Shown here one piece after another: positions 19,101 through 26,638 of a stretch of DNA of 64,000 bases. Every line of letters starts with the position of its first letter. Within the stretch, counting starts at the first letter, position 1. The notes beneath the pieces are model-generated. The model saw only the letters and a program-made list of their open reading frames with translations, ran no database searches and was not told where the DNA came from. Made by a program: the position numbers and the translations under genes. Source of the DNA: an uncultured Prolixibacteraceae bacterium (GTDB lineage: Bacteria; Bacteroidota; Bacteroidia; Bacteroidales; FEN-979); contig CAZTSX010000002.1 of assembly GCA_964616825.1 (NCBI GenBank), positions 79,811 through 143,810 on the forward strand. The letters run 5' to 3'.

Positions 19101-20013
19101 AGCATACATGGAGGGTGGAGATACCTGGAAATACGACCCGCAGACACCTGTTCATACAATGTTTCATATTCTTGGAATTACCGATGGAGAGGATGACCTG
19201 GGCACGATCCTGGGTCAACCCGGTTCCTTTGCAGAAGGGATGTCATTTGATTATGAAGGTGACAACAAATTCATTGACCGTATTACCAATGAAGGAACGG
19301 CATTTCAGATCTTTCGAAATCAGAGCCCCTACTATATCAATGGCGTCGCATATGATGGAGGCACGTTTAAAACCATCGGCTCATCATTTGAATTTGGCGG
19401 TCTGGCTGACGGTGCAACTCCATCTACCAGAAAAGATTTGATGGAAGAGTATCTCACCTTCTTCGGTATCGACATCCCGGCATTGGCTGCAAACTTTGTC
19501 GGATATCCTACCAGTATTAACGTTGGACAAAATGTGGGCTTTTACGACTTCTCTACAGGCGGAGTAAACTCCTGGCAGTGGTCTTTCGAAGGAGGAACCC
19601 CGTCAACTTCAACTGAGCAAAATCCGGTGGTATTTTACGATACACCCGGCGCCTATGATGTGACCCTGATTGTCGGCGATGGAAATACCACTAATACCAT
19701 GACTAAAACTGACTATATCACTGTTGATTATATCACAGGTATTTCAGAGCCTGGTGGGGCATTGCAATGTGTCGTAATTCCCAACCCAAATAACGGGACC
19801 TTCAGAATCAAATTTGCTGCCTCGCAAGAGGATCAAGTCAATTTGAAGATCTTCAATACGATGGGAACCATGGTCTATTCAGAAACGGGTGTTGCCATTT
19901 CAAATAGCCTTGACAAATTGATCTCTCTGGCAAATGTGCCGAATGGAATGTATATCCTGACGGTACAGGGTCAGCACAATACATGGACCGGTAAGGTTGT
20001 CGTAAACAAGTAA
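16174..20013 (+). CDS. gingipain-like peptidase C25 with alpha/beta module, PKD domain and T9SS CTD
   Basis: Signal peptide. LLIICHGPFMDAMQPYVDWKTSIGYPT, VLLVGDGPQIPT, catalytic His YTGHGSNTTW and Cys SVACVNGNF. CARDB-like domains. Shared module at 19000-19465. PKD (WQWSFEGGTP...AYDVTLIVGDG). CTD (VVIPNPNNGTFRIKF...MYILTVQG). Confidence 0.92.
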   Translation: MKKILTIVFILAISFAGISANWVEINSADPVPAKTTLVASNIDQSTLTFTLGGFYLNEVTTTRGDAFIPYVEEGSFMLEAGSPDLPKLTSTLIIPDLAGMKVKIISSSYQDYPNMEIAPSKGNLLRTVDPATVPYTYGEVYQTSEFFPGNLAGTRDPFIARDLRGQTLIVNPFQYNPVTKTLRVYHEITVELYKTSELGVNPLTRKSEEIRLSEEWIQIYSNEFVNFDAITYTPLDEYGNLLIICHGPFMDAMQPYVDWKTSIGYPTEIIDVATIGSTAGVIKDYIADYYNTNGLSFVLLVGDGPQIPTNTGGGLGGPSDNAYGYIDGNDHYQELFVGRFSAESIAQVETQVTRTINYEQDPQLLTDDWYTSVIGIASNQGPGDDGEYDYVHVRNMQDDCLNFTYTWNPEYFDGSQGGNDAPGNPSAASVGAGVDEGASLIVYTGHGSNTTWVTSGFNNNNVNNLTNQDKLPFIWSVACVNGNFQNITCFAEAWLRATDNGEPTGAVAFLGSTINQSWNPPMEGQDEMVDLLVETYSDNIKRTFAGLSINGCFQMNDTYGGGGDDMTDTWTVFGDPTLFVRTDNPGTMTVTHDPTLFVGSTTLDVDCNVDGARATASLNGSILATDIVTGGGVTLVFPALTNLSDTVRLVVTAFNYIPYIADIPVITANGPYIQYISNTVNDQGGNSDQLVDYGEDIFLTVALKNLGVAATENLEVEVITALPYINQTDYTENYGVVQPDEIKEIPDAYFFEVSGNIPDGENIEFEMTAMDGAQTWTSTFNIIAHAPNLQLIGNEVLDPSGNNNGRLDPGETADLVLTMKNNGSADAYNVVGDLISISPYVTVTSDLKNFGNLASGDSTSQTYAVNVDPGAPLGQTAPFLLAISADRNLTSVITFNLTIGNTPVLVIDFDGNLNSGQHMTDAVSSLGLLNDYDMAMPNEIEGYSAVFVCLGIYPDKHILTSEEGNRIKSFLDEGGRAYMEGGDTWKYDPQTPVHTMFHILGITDGEDDLGTILGQPGSFAEGMSFDYEGDNKFIDRITNEGTAFQIFRNQSPYYINGVAYDGGTFKTIGSSFEFGGLADGATPSTRKDLMEEYLTFFGIDIPALAANFVGYPTSINVGQNVGFYDFSTGGVNSWQWSFEGGTPSTSTEQNPVVFYDTPGAYDVTLIVGDGNTTNTMTKTDYITVDYITGISEPGGALQCVVIPNPNNGTFRIKFAASQEDQVNLKIFNTMGTMVYSETGVAISNSLDKLISLANVPNGMYILTVQGQHNTWTGKVVVNK

Positions 20014-20025
20014 TACACATTGCAA

Positions 20026-20046
20026 GGACGACTCCATGGGGCGTCC
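20026..20046. repeat. GC-rich hairpin GGACGACTCCATGGGGCGTCC between convergent genes
   Basis: GGACG/CGTCC outer stem with a CCATGG core, located 13 nt after the C25 stop. It is the same GGACG..CATG..CGTCC design as 9867-9886. Possible terminator, but no T-run on the plus strand. Confidence 0.5.
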
Positions 20047-20085
20047 CGTAAAAAACATGTAAGGGCGACCCGACAGGTAGCCCGG

Positions 20086-20925
20086 TTATTCGATCAGATG
20101 TTTCTTCTCCACGCCGATGATCTCCTTCGTCTCCTGGTGGAAAACAAATGCAACGATGGAGAGGTTTTTAGGAACCCATATCGGATTTGCAGGATGTTGG
20201 TAATTGAGTGAATAAACCTGGCTGGTATCAACAGAGGAAGTTAGCTCATCGCCATAGGTGTCGTTGATGACAGCTCTTAGCATATCCATGAACACATAAT
20301 CTTCGATATCGGGAACGGGTCCGACCAGCGTATCGTTGTTTTTTTGCCAGCCAATAATGCTGTCTTCAAGAATGCATACACTCAGGCTGTAAGCTCCCTG
20401 CAGTAGATCAAGAAATTTGGTGTCGACGGTGGTAGTGATCTCACCACGGCCTTTTACAGAATATTCAGCTGTTATACTGATATCGGTAAGTTTTGGTTGA
20501 TCGGCGTGTTCAATAATCACATCAGCCCAGGAGGCTAGTTTGATGGCTTTCGTCCCCTCAACATCCATACGGTTAATCATACCCATCGGATTGAATTGCA
20601 GGTTGAAATCGTTAAACCAGGCAACTCCTTCAGGAACACGATAATCCACTGAATAGGGCCCTGATGGATCAGGTTCGGAGTAAAAGCCGGCATGGACAGA
20701 CATGACAATCACTTGTCCTTTGTAAAGTTCCTGGAGAGTTGTGGCTACCTCCGATGCCTCCGGACAGTTCACGCACTTGGCGCCGGTATAATCCTCCAGC
20801 AGGATCTTCCGCTTGGTTGAATCAACAGTAATATCTGTTATACTAACATAGGGCTGTTCCAGCTTATCACAGGAAATTCCCAGTAATACCAGTAGAACAA
20901 TTATCAATAAAACACTTTTTTTCAT
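20086..20925 (-). CDS. Omp28-related outer-membrane lipoprotein (thioredoxin-like CxxC)
   Basis: Lipobox LLGISC. LLEDYTGAKCVNCPEASEV followed by VIVMSVHAGFY, the pattern I associate with the Omp28 family. Confidence 0.75.
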   Translation of the reverse strand: MKKSVLLIIVLLVLLGISCDKLEQPYVSITDITVDSTKRKILLEDYTGAKCVNCPEASEVATTLQELYKGQVIVMSVHAGFYSEPDPSGPYSVDYRVPEGVAWFNDFNLQFNPMGMINRMDVEGTKAIKLASWADVIIEHADQPKLTDISITAEYSVKGRGEITTTVDTKFLDLLQGAYSLSVCILEDSIIGWQKNNDTLVGPVPDIEDYVFMDMLRAVINDTYGDELTSSVDTSQVYSLNYQHPANPIWVPKNLSIVAFVFHQETKEIIGVEKKHLIE

Positions 20926-20957
20926 ATTCTTTGTTATTCGCTATTCTTAATTTTTAA

Positions 20958-21005
20958 CTCACCAGTTCACCAACTCACCAATTCACCACCTCACCAGTTC
21001 ACTAG
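20958..21005 (+). repeat. octamer array, YTCACCAN family (6 units)
   Basis: CTCACCAG TTCACCAA CTCACCAA TTCACCAC CTCACCAG TTCACTAG, between the barrel-gene stop (21013) and the Omp28-like start (20925). Confidence 0.9.
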
Positions 21006-21012
21006 TTTCTCC

Positions 21013-22731
21013 TCAGAAGCTACTTGTTATCGATAAGGTTATGCCATTCGATTCCGGCACATACCTGCACACACCTCCAACGCAGATGATCCCTTCACGC
21101 TGACGACCATAAGTGAGAGCGATACGGGTTGTTTGATGAATAAATCCGGCTGAGATATTGTAGTAGTGGATTCGCAGGTTTTTCTTCGGGTTTCCAAAAT
21201 TCCATTGATCACTGATAGAGAAAAACCATTTTGGTGAGATGGTAAACTCGAGTAACCCGGCCAGCCAGTTTCCCTTATCCTGTTTGGTCAACAAACCCTG
21301 GATTTCCCCCCTCAATGCGTATTTGCGTGTGATCTTACAGGTTAAATCTACAATCGCGATATTGGAGTAAATGGTTCCATATTGATCGAAATAGCCTTCT
21401 ATCACATCTTTATTGTAAGTTTGATATAGGTAGTTGAAAATTCCTTTCCACCGTTTATTGAACTTCTTGGTAACTTCAATACTTAATTCCTGGTAATAGA
21501 CATCGTTCCAGTCGACTGCAAAGAGTTTGGAGTTGTATCCGAGGGTGCCTGGCTCACCGATAAAAGTAGTATCGTTGATCGCTGTCTTATTGATGGCGTT
21601 GACTTGGGAGAAATTGATTGCAACAGACATCCCGTATTTACCCCCGAGTTTCGATTTTTTGGGCAATGTAAAGGTCAGCCCAACTGCAGCCCCTACTTCG
21701 CCGTTTGGTTGTGTGGCATACGGATACATCGCTGCCAGGAAATAGGTGTGTTCTTTTGTGACCGCAGGCAGGTAGTTGATATCAACCCCGTTAAGGGTGA
21801 CCATGCGATCAGATTTGAAGCTCATGTTGTCGATCCACTTCGTTTTGGCAATGATCCCAAAGTTTTTCCTTGAATAGGAGGTTGTGATCAACCAGGCATT
21901 GCCATTTTTATAGATGAAGTCATTCATAGCGGATGGATCATTGATCTTATGAGCATATTCCGTGTAGAAGTTGAACCCGGAGTAGTTGAGGTTAACACGT
22001 CCTCCGTAAGAAGCGACATTTTCAGGCAGCTTCAGCTCATAAATCTTGGGCGGAAGGATTAGTTCCAGCGATTTCCCTTTCTGGTAATTACTTACAAAGC
22101 TTCCCCCAAAACTTAACTTAAACTTGGAGTTATTCAGACTTGTGAACATGTCATTCAGGTAAAAATCTACATCTGCTCCTTTCACGATCCCCCGGTTGTT
22201 GTCTTTGAACGGAACCCAGTAATACCGCTGCACACCAACAACACCTGTGATAGCCACACCACTAAACGGTGTGAGTTTCACACGCAATCCCCGCAAGGAG
22301 TTATCGTACCCGAGAGTCCAATCCTGGTATGTCCTGAAAATCATCCCGTCACCAAACTGTTCGTAAAAATTACCAGCCGTAACTTCCAGCAGCTTATTTT
22401 TATACTTCACAAACCAATAAGGAACACCCAATCCCTGATATGCTGCATCATATCCCAGGAGAGGAGGAAGGTAGGCTTCGAAGCGCATCCCGGCAGAGAA
22501 ATTCTTGTAGGTGTAATTCACTTCGGTATATCCCTGGATCCGGAACATTTTCCCATCAAGTGTTGAATCGGTGATGCCCATCCGGGTATCGGTCAGGTAA
22601 TAAGCAGCATCCGCCTGAAAACTACCACTGATCTGACTGTTTTGTAAAAAATTTTGTCCGGATGTGGTCAACGGCAGGAATAAAATGATGAAAAGAAGCC
22701 CGGGCAACAGAGCTCGTAAATGTTCTTTCAT
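21013..22731 (-). CDS. outer-membrane beta-barrel protein of unknown function (DUF6029-like)
   Basis: Signal peptide. Amphipathic beta-strand-rich sequence high in Y/G/N. C-terminal ...ITLSITSSF with a terminal aromatic residue. Sits between two thioredoxin-fold genes. Confidence 0.7.
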   Translation of the reverse strand: MKEHLRALLPGLLFIILFLPLTTSGQNFLQNSQISGSFQADAAYYLTDTRMGITDSTLDGKMFRIQGYTEVNYTYKNFSAGMRFEAYLPPLLGYDAAYQGLGVPYWFVKYKNKLLEVTAGNFYEQFGDGMIFRTYQDWTLGYDNSLRGLRVKLTPFSGVAITGVVGVQRYYWVPFKDNNRGIVKGADVDFYLNDMFTSLNNSKFKLSFGGSFVSNYQKGKSLELILPPKIYELKLPENVASYGGRVNLNYSGFNFYTEYAHKINDPSAMNDFIYKNGNAWLITTSYSRKNFGIIAKTKWIDNMSFKSDRMVTLNGVDINYLPAVTKEHTYFLAAMYPYATQPNGEVGAAVGLTFTLPKKSKLGGKYGMSVAINFSQVNAINKTAINDTTFIGEPGTLGYNSKLFAVDWNDVYYQELSIEVTKKFNKRWKGIFNYLYQTYNKDVIEGYFDQYGTIYSNIAIVDLTCKITRKYALRGEIQGLLTKQDKGNWLAGLLEFTISPKWFFSISDQWNFGNPKKNLRIHYYNISAGFIHQTTRIALTYGRQREGIICVGGVCRYVPESNGITLSITSSF

Positions 22732-22764
22732 AAATCCTTTTTCTTTGAGTCTTTGATTGAAGAA

Positions 22765-23289
22765 TTAATGGATCTCTTCTCCCTCGCTGAACTTCTTGAT
22801 AATATCGAAGTACTCATACTCATTTCCGTCGACATATGAAGTATGCTCATAAACAATCTCTCCATCTCCTTTGAGAATAAGTGTAAACGGAGGTACACCC
22901 ACATTCATCGCACGTTTAAAATCCCAGTTAGGATCCAGCAGAAATTCAAAATCCCATCCTTTTCCGTTTACTGTTGGCTCAACAAGTTTGCTGGATCGGG
23001 AATTGTCGATAGAGACTGCATAAAGCTTCACGCCGGTCTCTTCAACCCAGTCGTCATATTCATCAGAGATCGCACTCAGCTCTTTGATACAGGGTTTGCA
23101 CCATGTGGCCCAAAAACAGATAATAATGGGTTTTCCGTCGTTGGTGATGTCTTTTGTATTAAATGGATTACCACTAATATCTTGGATATCAATGTGAGGA
23201 AGCTTCCGGGTGCCTTTGGATACAGGCTCCTGAGCAATGGTAAAAATGCCAATCAACAGAAGAGCCGCTAGTATATATAATCGTTTCAT
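22765..23289 (-). CDS. TlpA-family thiol:disulfide oxidoreductase
   Basis: Signal peptide and thioredoxin active site FWATWCKPCIKEL. 174 aa. Confidence 0.85.
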   Translation of the reverse strand: MKRLYILAALLLIGIFTIAQEPVSKGTRKLPHIDIQDISGNPFNTKDITNDGKPIIICFWATWCKPCIKELSAISDEYDDWVEETGVKLYAVSIDNSRSSKLVEPTVNGKGWDFEFLLDPNWDFKRAMNVGVPPFTLILKGDGEIVYEHTSYVDGNEYEYFDIIKKFSEGEEIH

Positions 23290-23315
23290 TTCAAAAGGGT
23301 TTACTTTTAAAACGG

Positions 23316-23323
23316 CAAAGGTA
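23316..23323 (-). promoter_or_regulatory. candidate -7 promoter element (TACCTTTG on minus strand)
   Basis: CAAAGGTA on the plus strand, 27 nt upstream of the TlpA-like ATG (23289). Confidence 0.3.
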
Positions 23324-23334
23324 TACTTTTATGA

Positions 23335-24315
23335 TTATGGATAATAAATTTCAAGCAATTTACATGTAGAAACGGGATCAAGCTGAAGCTTTTCCTGAAT
23401 GGCAGGAATCAAAATGACCTCTCCTTTGGTCAACAGTTCATGGTGCTCATCACTTTGTATTTTGCATGATCCCTCCACACACAAATAAATGATAAAAGAA
23501 TCCAGATAGGTAAGCTCTTTTTCAAGAGGCTTGGTGAAATTCAGAATGCTTGTTGTGAATGCATTGCAATTAACCAGACCAGTTGTTTCGTTTTCAACCT
23601 TTGGATACAGGGTCCGGTAACTGTCTTGCACCTTGAAATCGATTGCTTCCAGCGCCTCCTCGGTATGAAGTTCACGCGATTTCCCTTCGCTGTCCACCCG
23701 GTCCCAGTCATATATACGATACGTTGTATCGGAGGTTTGCTGGATCTCTGCAAGTAAGATGCCAGGACCAAGAGCATGCACACGTCCGGCCGGGATAAAG
23801 AATACATCTCCACAGTGAACCTGCTCCACATTCAGGATCTTCTTGAGTCGTTTCTGATTCAGATGATCAAGGTATCTCTTCTGGTTTACCTCTTGATCAA
23901 AACCACTGATCAGCTCAGCACCCTTTTCGGCGTCCATAATATACCACATTTCTGTCTTCCCGTTGCCGATCTTCCGTTTTGCTGCCAGCGCATCATCAGG
24001 ATGGACCTGGATGGAGAGCCAGTCGTTTGAATCGATGAACTTAATTAGAATGGGAAACTGTTCTTTGTATCTATCGAACGATTTTTCCCCGACCAGGTCA
24101 TCCATGTAAATTTCAACCAGTTCGTTTAGTTCATTTCCCTTGAGAAAGCCATTCGAAACAACGGTTTGTGATCCCGGCACACCGGATAATACCCAGGCTT
24201 CCCCGCAATTAGGCAACGGGGAGAAATCCAAACCCAGATCGGTCCGGATCTTTTGCCCTCCCCATACCTTCTCTTTGAAGAGCGGAGCAAACTTGAGGGG
24301 GTATAACATTCTCAT
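23335..24315 (-). CDS. manA: class I mannose-6-phosphate isomerase (cupin)
   Basis: MLYPLKFAPLFKEKVWGG N-terminus, zinc-ligand context LSIQVHPDD, cupin GRVHALGPGILLAEIQQTSD. The start could be ATG 24309 instead of 24315. Confidence 0.8.
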   Translation of the reverse strand: MRMLYPLKFAPLFKEKVWGGQKIRTDLGLDFSPLPNCGEAWVLSGVPGSQTVVSNGFLKGNELNELVEIYMDDLVGEKSFDRYKEQFPILIKFIDSNDWLSIQVHPDDALAAKRKIGNGKTEMWYIMDAEKGAELISGFDQEVNQKRYLDHLNQKRLKKILNVEQVHCGDVFFIPAGRVHALGPGILLAEIQQTSDTTYRIYDWDRVDSEGKSRELHTEEALEAIDFKVQDSYRTLYPKVENETTGLVNCNAFTTSILNFTKPLEKELTYLDSFIIYLCVEGSCKIQSDEHHELLTKGEVILIPAIQEKLQLDPVSTCKLLEIYYP

Positions 24316-24345
24316 TCGAAATATCTAATTATCAAGATTAAAAAG

Positions 24346-24353
24346 TAATTTTG
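24346..24353 (+). promoter_or_regulatory. candidate -7 promoter element (TAATTTTG)
   Basis: Perfect TAnnTTTG 42 nt upstream of ATG 24395. It overlaps the GTG start at 24353 of the longer ORF, which argues for the shorter CDS. Confidence 0.35.
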
Positions 24354-24394
24354 TGTGTAAACAGATATACAAAGTTACGACATTTCGTCACAGC

Positions 24395-25543
24395 ATGAAG
24401 GCATCTATTCCATACCTTGATAAACTGCAGGATTTTAGAAAAGAACTCCATCGATATCCCGAATATTCAGGCCAGGAAAAGGAAACTGCTGCCCGGGTAT
24501 TGAAATTCTGCAACCAGTTTGAACCGGATAACGTAATTGAGAAGCTGGGGGGAAATGGCTTTGCACTCGTTTTTGAGGGATCACCTGACGGCAAAACAGT
24601 GATGTTGAGAGCTGAATTGGATGCTCTCCCAGTCCATGAATCTCAAGAAATTAATCACCACTCTCTGGTTAAAGACATTTCACACAAATGTGGTCATGAT
24701 GGTCATCTGGTCATTCTCTGTGGGGTGGCCGGAATATTGCACAAGCAGAGACCTGAAACAGGCCGGGTTGTATTGCTTTTTGAACCGGCGGAGGAATCGG
24801 GAAAAGGGGCGAAGGCGGTGATAAAGGATCCGAAGTTCCAGGAAATCAAACCCGACTATGTTTTTGCCCTCCATAATGTTCCGGGGTTTCCTCAGGGAGC
24901 AGTGGTGGTAAAAAGCGATATCATGGCGGTTGCTTCGCAGGGTCTCTTTAGTCGTTTGAAAGGACGTGCATCTCATGCTGCATATCCTGACCAGGGGATC
25001 TCACCCCTGCCTGCTTTACTTGAATTGCAGCGTGTTCTGCCACAACTTCCCAATACGATCGGGGAGCTTGGTGATCAAACCCGGGTAACGATCACATATA
25101 GCCGGCTGGGACATTTCACCTTCGGCACCTCTCCCGGTAATGCAGAACTGGCGGCCACAATACGGGCAAAGCAGGATACGGATATCGAACTTATGAAAGC
25201 GAAGATCGTCCCAATGATTCGCGATATCGGAAACAACTATTCTCTCGATACGATCATTCAGTGGCATGAACGGTTTGACTCCACCATCAACGATCAGGAG
25301 GCTGTCGGTATCATCCAGGCAGCTGCGAGAACATGTACATTCCCTCTGGTAGAAATGAACGAACCGTTCTGGTGGTCAGAAGATTTTGGCCAGTTTACAG
25401 AACGTTTTCCCGGTGCTATATTCGGACTTGGAGCAGGAGAGAACCATTCCGATCTCCACACAGCTAACTATGATTTTCCTGATGAGATCATCGAACCCGG
25501 TATCCGCATTTTCCATGAAATCATCAATCAACTGAATCCTTGA
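24395..25543 (+). CDS. M20 family amidohydrolase (aminoacylase/hippurate-hydrolase-like)
   Basis: LHRYPEYSGQE, metal-ligand block HKCGHDGH, LLFEPAEESGKGA. Start set at ATG 24395 (MKASIPYLD). Confidence 0.85.
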   Translation: MKASIPYLDKLQDFRKELHRYPEYSGQEKETAARVLKFCNQFEPDNVIEKLGGNGFALVFEGSPDGKTVMLRAELDALPVHESQEINHHSLVKDISHKCGHDGHLVILCGVAGILHKQRPETGRVVLLFEPAEESGKGAKAVIKDPKFQEIKPDYVFALHNVPGFPQGAVVVKSDIMAVASQGLFSRLKGRASHAAYPDQGISPLPALLELQRVLPQLPNTIGELGDQTRVTITYSRLGHFTFGTSPGNAELAATIRAKQDTDIELMKAKIVPMIRDIGNNYSLDTIIQWHERFDSTINDQEAVGIIQAAARTCTFPLVEMNEPFWWSEDFGQFTERFPGAIFGLGAGENHSDLHTANYDFPDEIIEPGIRIFHEIINQLNP

Positions 25544-25579
25544 TATAACCTTTTTCCCCCTTCCCGTATTAATGTATAT

Positions 25580-26062
25580 AATAGCACGCGGATTTTGCGG
25601 ATTAAAAGCTGGTTCGCGCGGATAAAATTTTATATAATGGAATTAATATGCAAGGAATTGACGAAAAAGATCATTGGTGTTTTCTACAAAGTTTATAATG
25701 AACTTGGTTTTGGTTTTCTTGAAAAAGTCTATGAGAATGCAATGATGATTGAATTAAAGAGACAGGGGTTTGAGTGTAGCAGGCAACAGAGAATTGAAGT
25801 TTATTATCTGGGTGAACGTGTTGGAGAGTATTTTGCAGACATTATAATAAATAATTCTGTAATTTTAGAGCTCAAAGCTACCGACTATCTGGTTGCTGAA
25901 CATGAAGCACAATTAATCAATTATCTGAAGGGAACGAACATTGAAGTTGGACTCTTGCTAAATTATGGGCAAAAACCGGAATTCAGGAGAAAAGTATTTG
26001 CAAACGACAGAAAAGAAAATCAGCGGAAATCAGCGTTTAATCCGCAAAATCCGCGTGCTATT
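25580..26062. mobile_element. inverted-repeat-bounded GxxExxY gene cassette (IVS-like element)
   Basis: AATAGCACGCGGATTTTGCGGATTAAA at 25580-25606 is the exact reverse complement of 26036-26062 (27/27). The interior is AT-rich: two 60-nt lines counted at 28% and 38% GC, against 55% in a line of the flanking M20 gene. Confidence 0.55.
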
Positions 26063-26068
26063 TTGTAA
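25637..26068 (+). CDS. GxxExxY protein (PD-(D/E)XK nuclease superfamily)
   Basis: GFLEKVY motif (GxxExxY). D...ExK core in ADIIINNSVILELKA. Start set at ATG 25637 (MELICKELTKKIIGVFYKVYNELG). The C-terminal tail KSAFNPQNPRAIL is encoded by the right IR arm. Confidence 0.85.
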   Translation: MELICKELTKKIIGVFYKVYNELGFGFLEKVYENAMMIELKRQGFECSRQQRIEVYYLGERVGEYFADIIINNSVILELKATDYLVAEHEAQLINYLKGTNIEVGLLLNYGQKPEFRRKVFANDRKENQRKSAFNPQNPRAIL

Positions 26069-26071
26069 TTT

Positions 26072-26638
26072 ATGATCATTATCGGGATAACTGGAACTCT
26101 TGGAGCCGGAAAAGGTACCATCGTCGATTATTTGGTCGAGAAAAAAGGTTTCGCCCACTTTTCTGTCCGGAATTTCCTGCTTGAGAAGATCAGGGAACTC
26201 GGCATGCCTGAGAACCGCGACAGCATGTACAACCTCGCTAATGAGCTTCGGGCTAAACATGGCCCATCCTATGTTGTTGACCAGCTTTTTGAGCAAGCCA
26301 TACAAACAGCAAAAAACAGCATCATTGAAAGTATCCGTACTACAGGTGAGATTGCTTCACTCCGGCAGAAAGGAACCTTCTATCTCTTCGCCGTGGACGC
26401 AGATCCACTTATCAGGTATGATCGGATCCAGTTACGGAACTCCGAAACCGATTCGGTCTCGTTTGAAATATTCAGGCAAAACGAACAACGGGAATCCACG
26501 TCTTCTGACCCTGGTGTCCAGAATCTCAAAGCCTGTATCCGGGAAGCCGATTACATAATCATGAACAATGGAACGATTGACGAATTGCATATCCAACTAG
26601 ATACCATTCTCAAACAGATAAATATATTAAATGCATGA
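26072..26638 (+). CDS. P-loop nucleotide kinase (dephospho-CoA-kinase/dNMP-kinase-like)
   Basis: Walker A GITGTLGAGKGT at the extreme N-terminus. 188 aa. The stop overlaps the next ATG (ATGA at 26635-26638). Confidence 0.7.
   Translation: MIIIGITGTLGAGKGTIVDYLVEKKGFAHFSVRNFLLEKIRELGMPENRDSMYNLANELRAKHGPSYVVDQLFEQAIQTAKNSIIESIRTTGEIASLRQKGTFYLFAVDADPLIRYDRIQLRNSETDSVSFEIFRQNEQRESTSSDPGVQNLKACIREADYIIMNNGTIDELHIQLDTILKQINILNA

Noticed and set aside
12223-23289. Protease / Omp28 region considered as a horizontally acquired genomic island or prophage remnant.
   Set aside because: There are no integrase, transposase, tRNA target, direct-repeat boundaries or phage genes, and no obvious compositional break by eye. 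It looks like ordinary Bacteroidota T9SS cargo genes.
26100-26558. 152-aa alternative-frame ORF inside the P-loop kinase gene.
   Set aside because: It is on the same strand but off frame with a gene that has a Walker A motif and coupled downstream gene. Its composition (Ser/Arg/Leu-rich) is typical of an off-frame reading.
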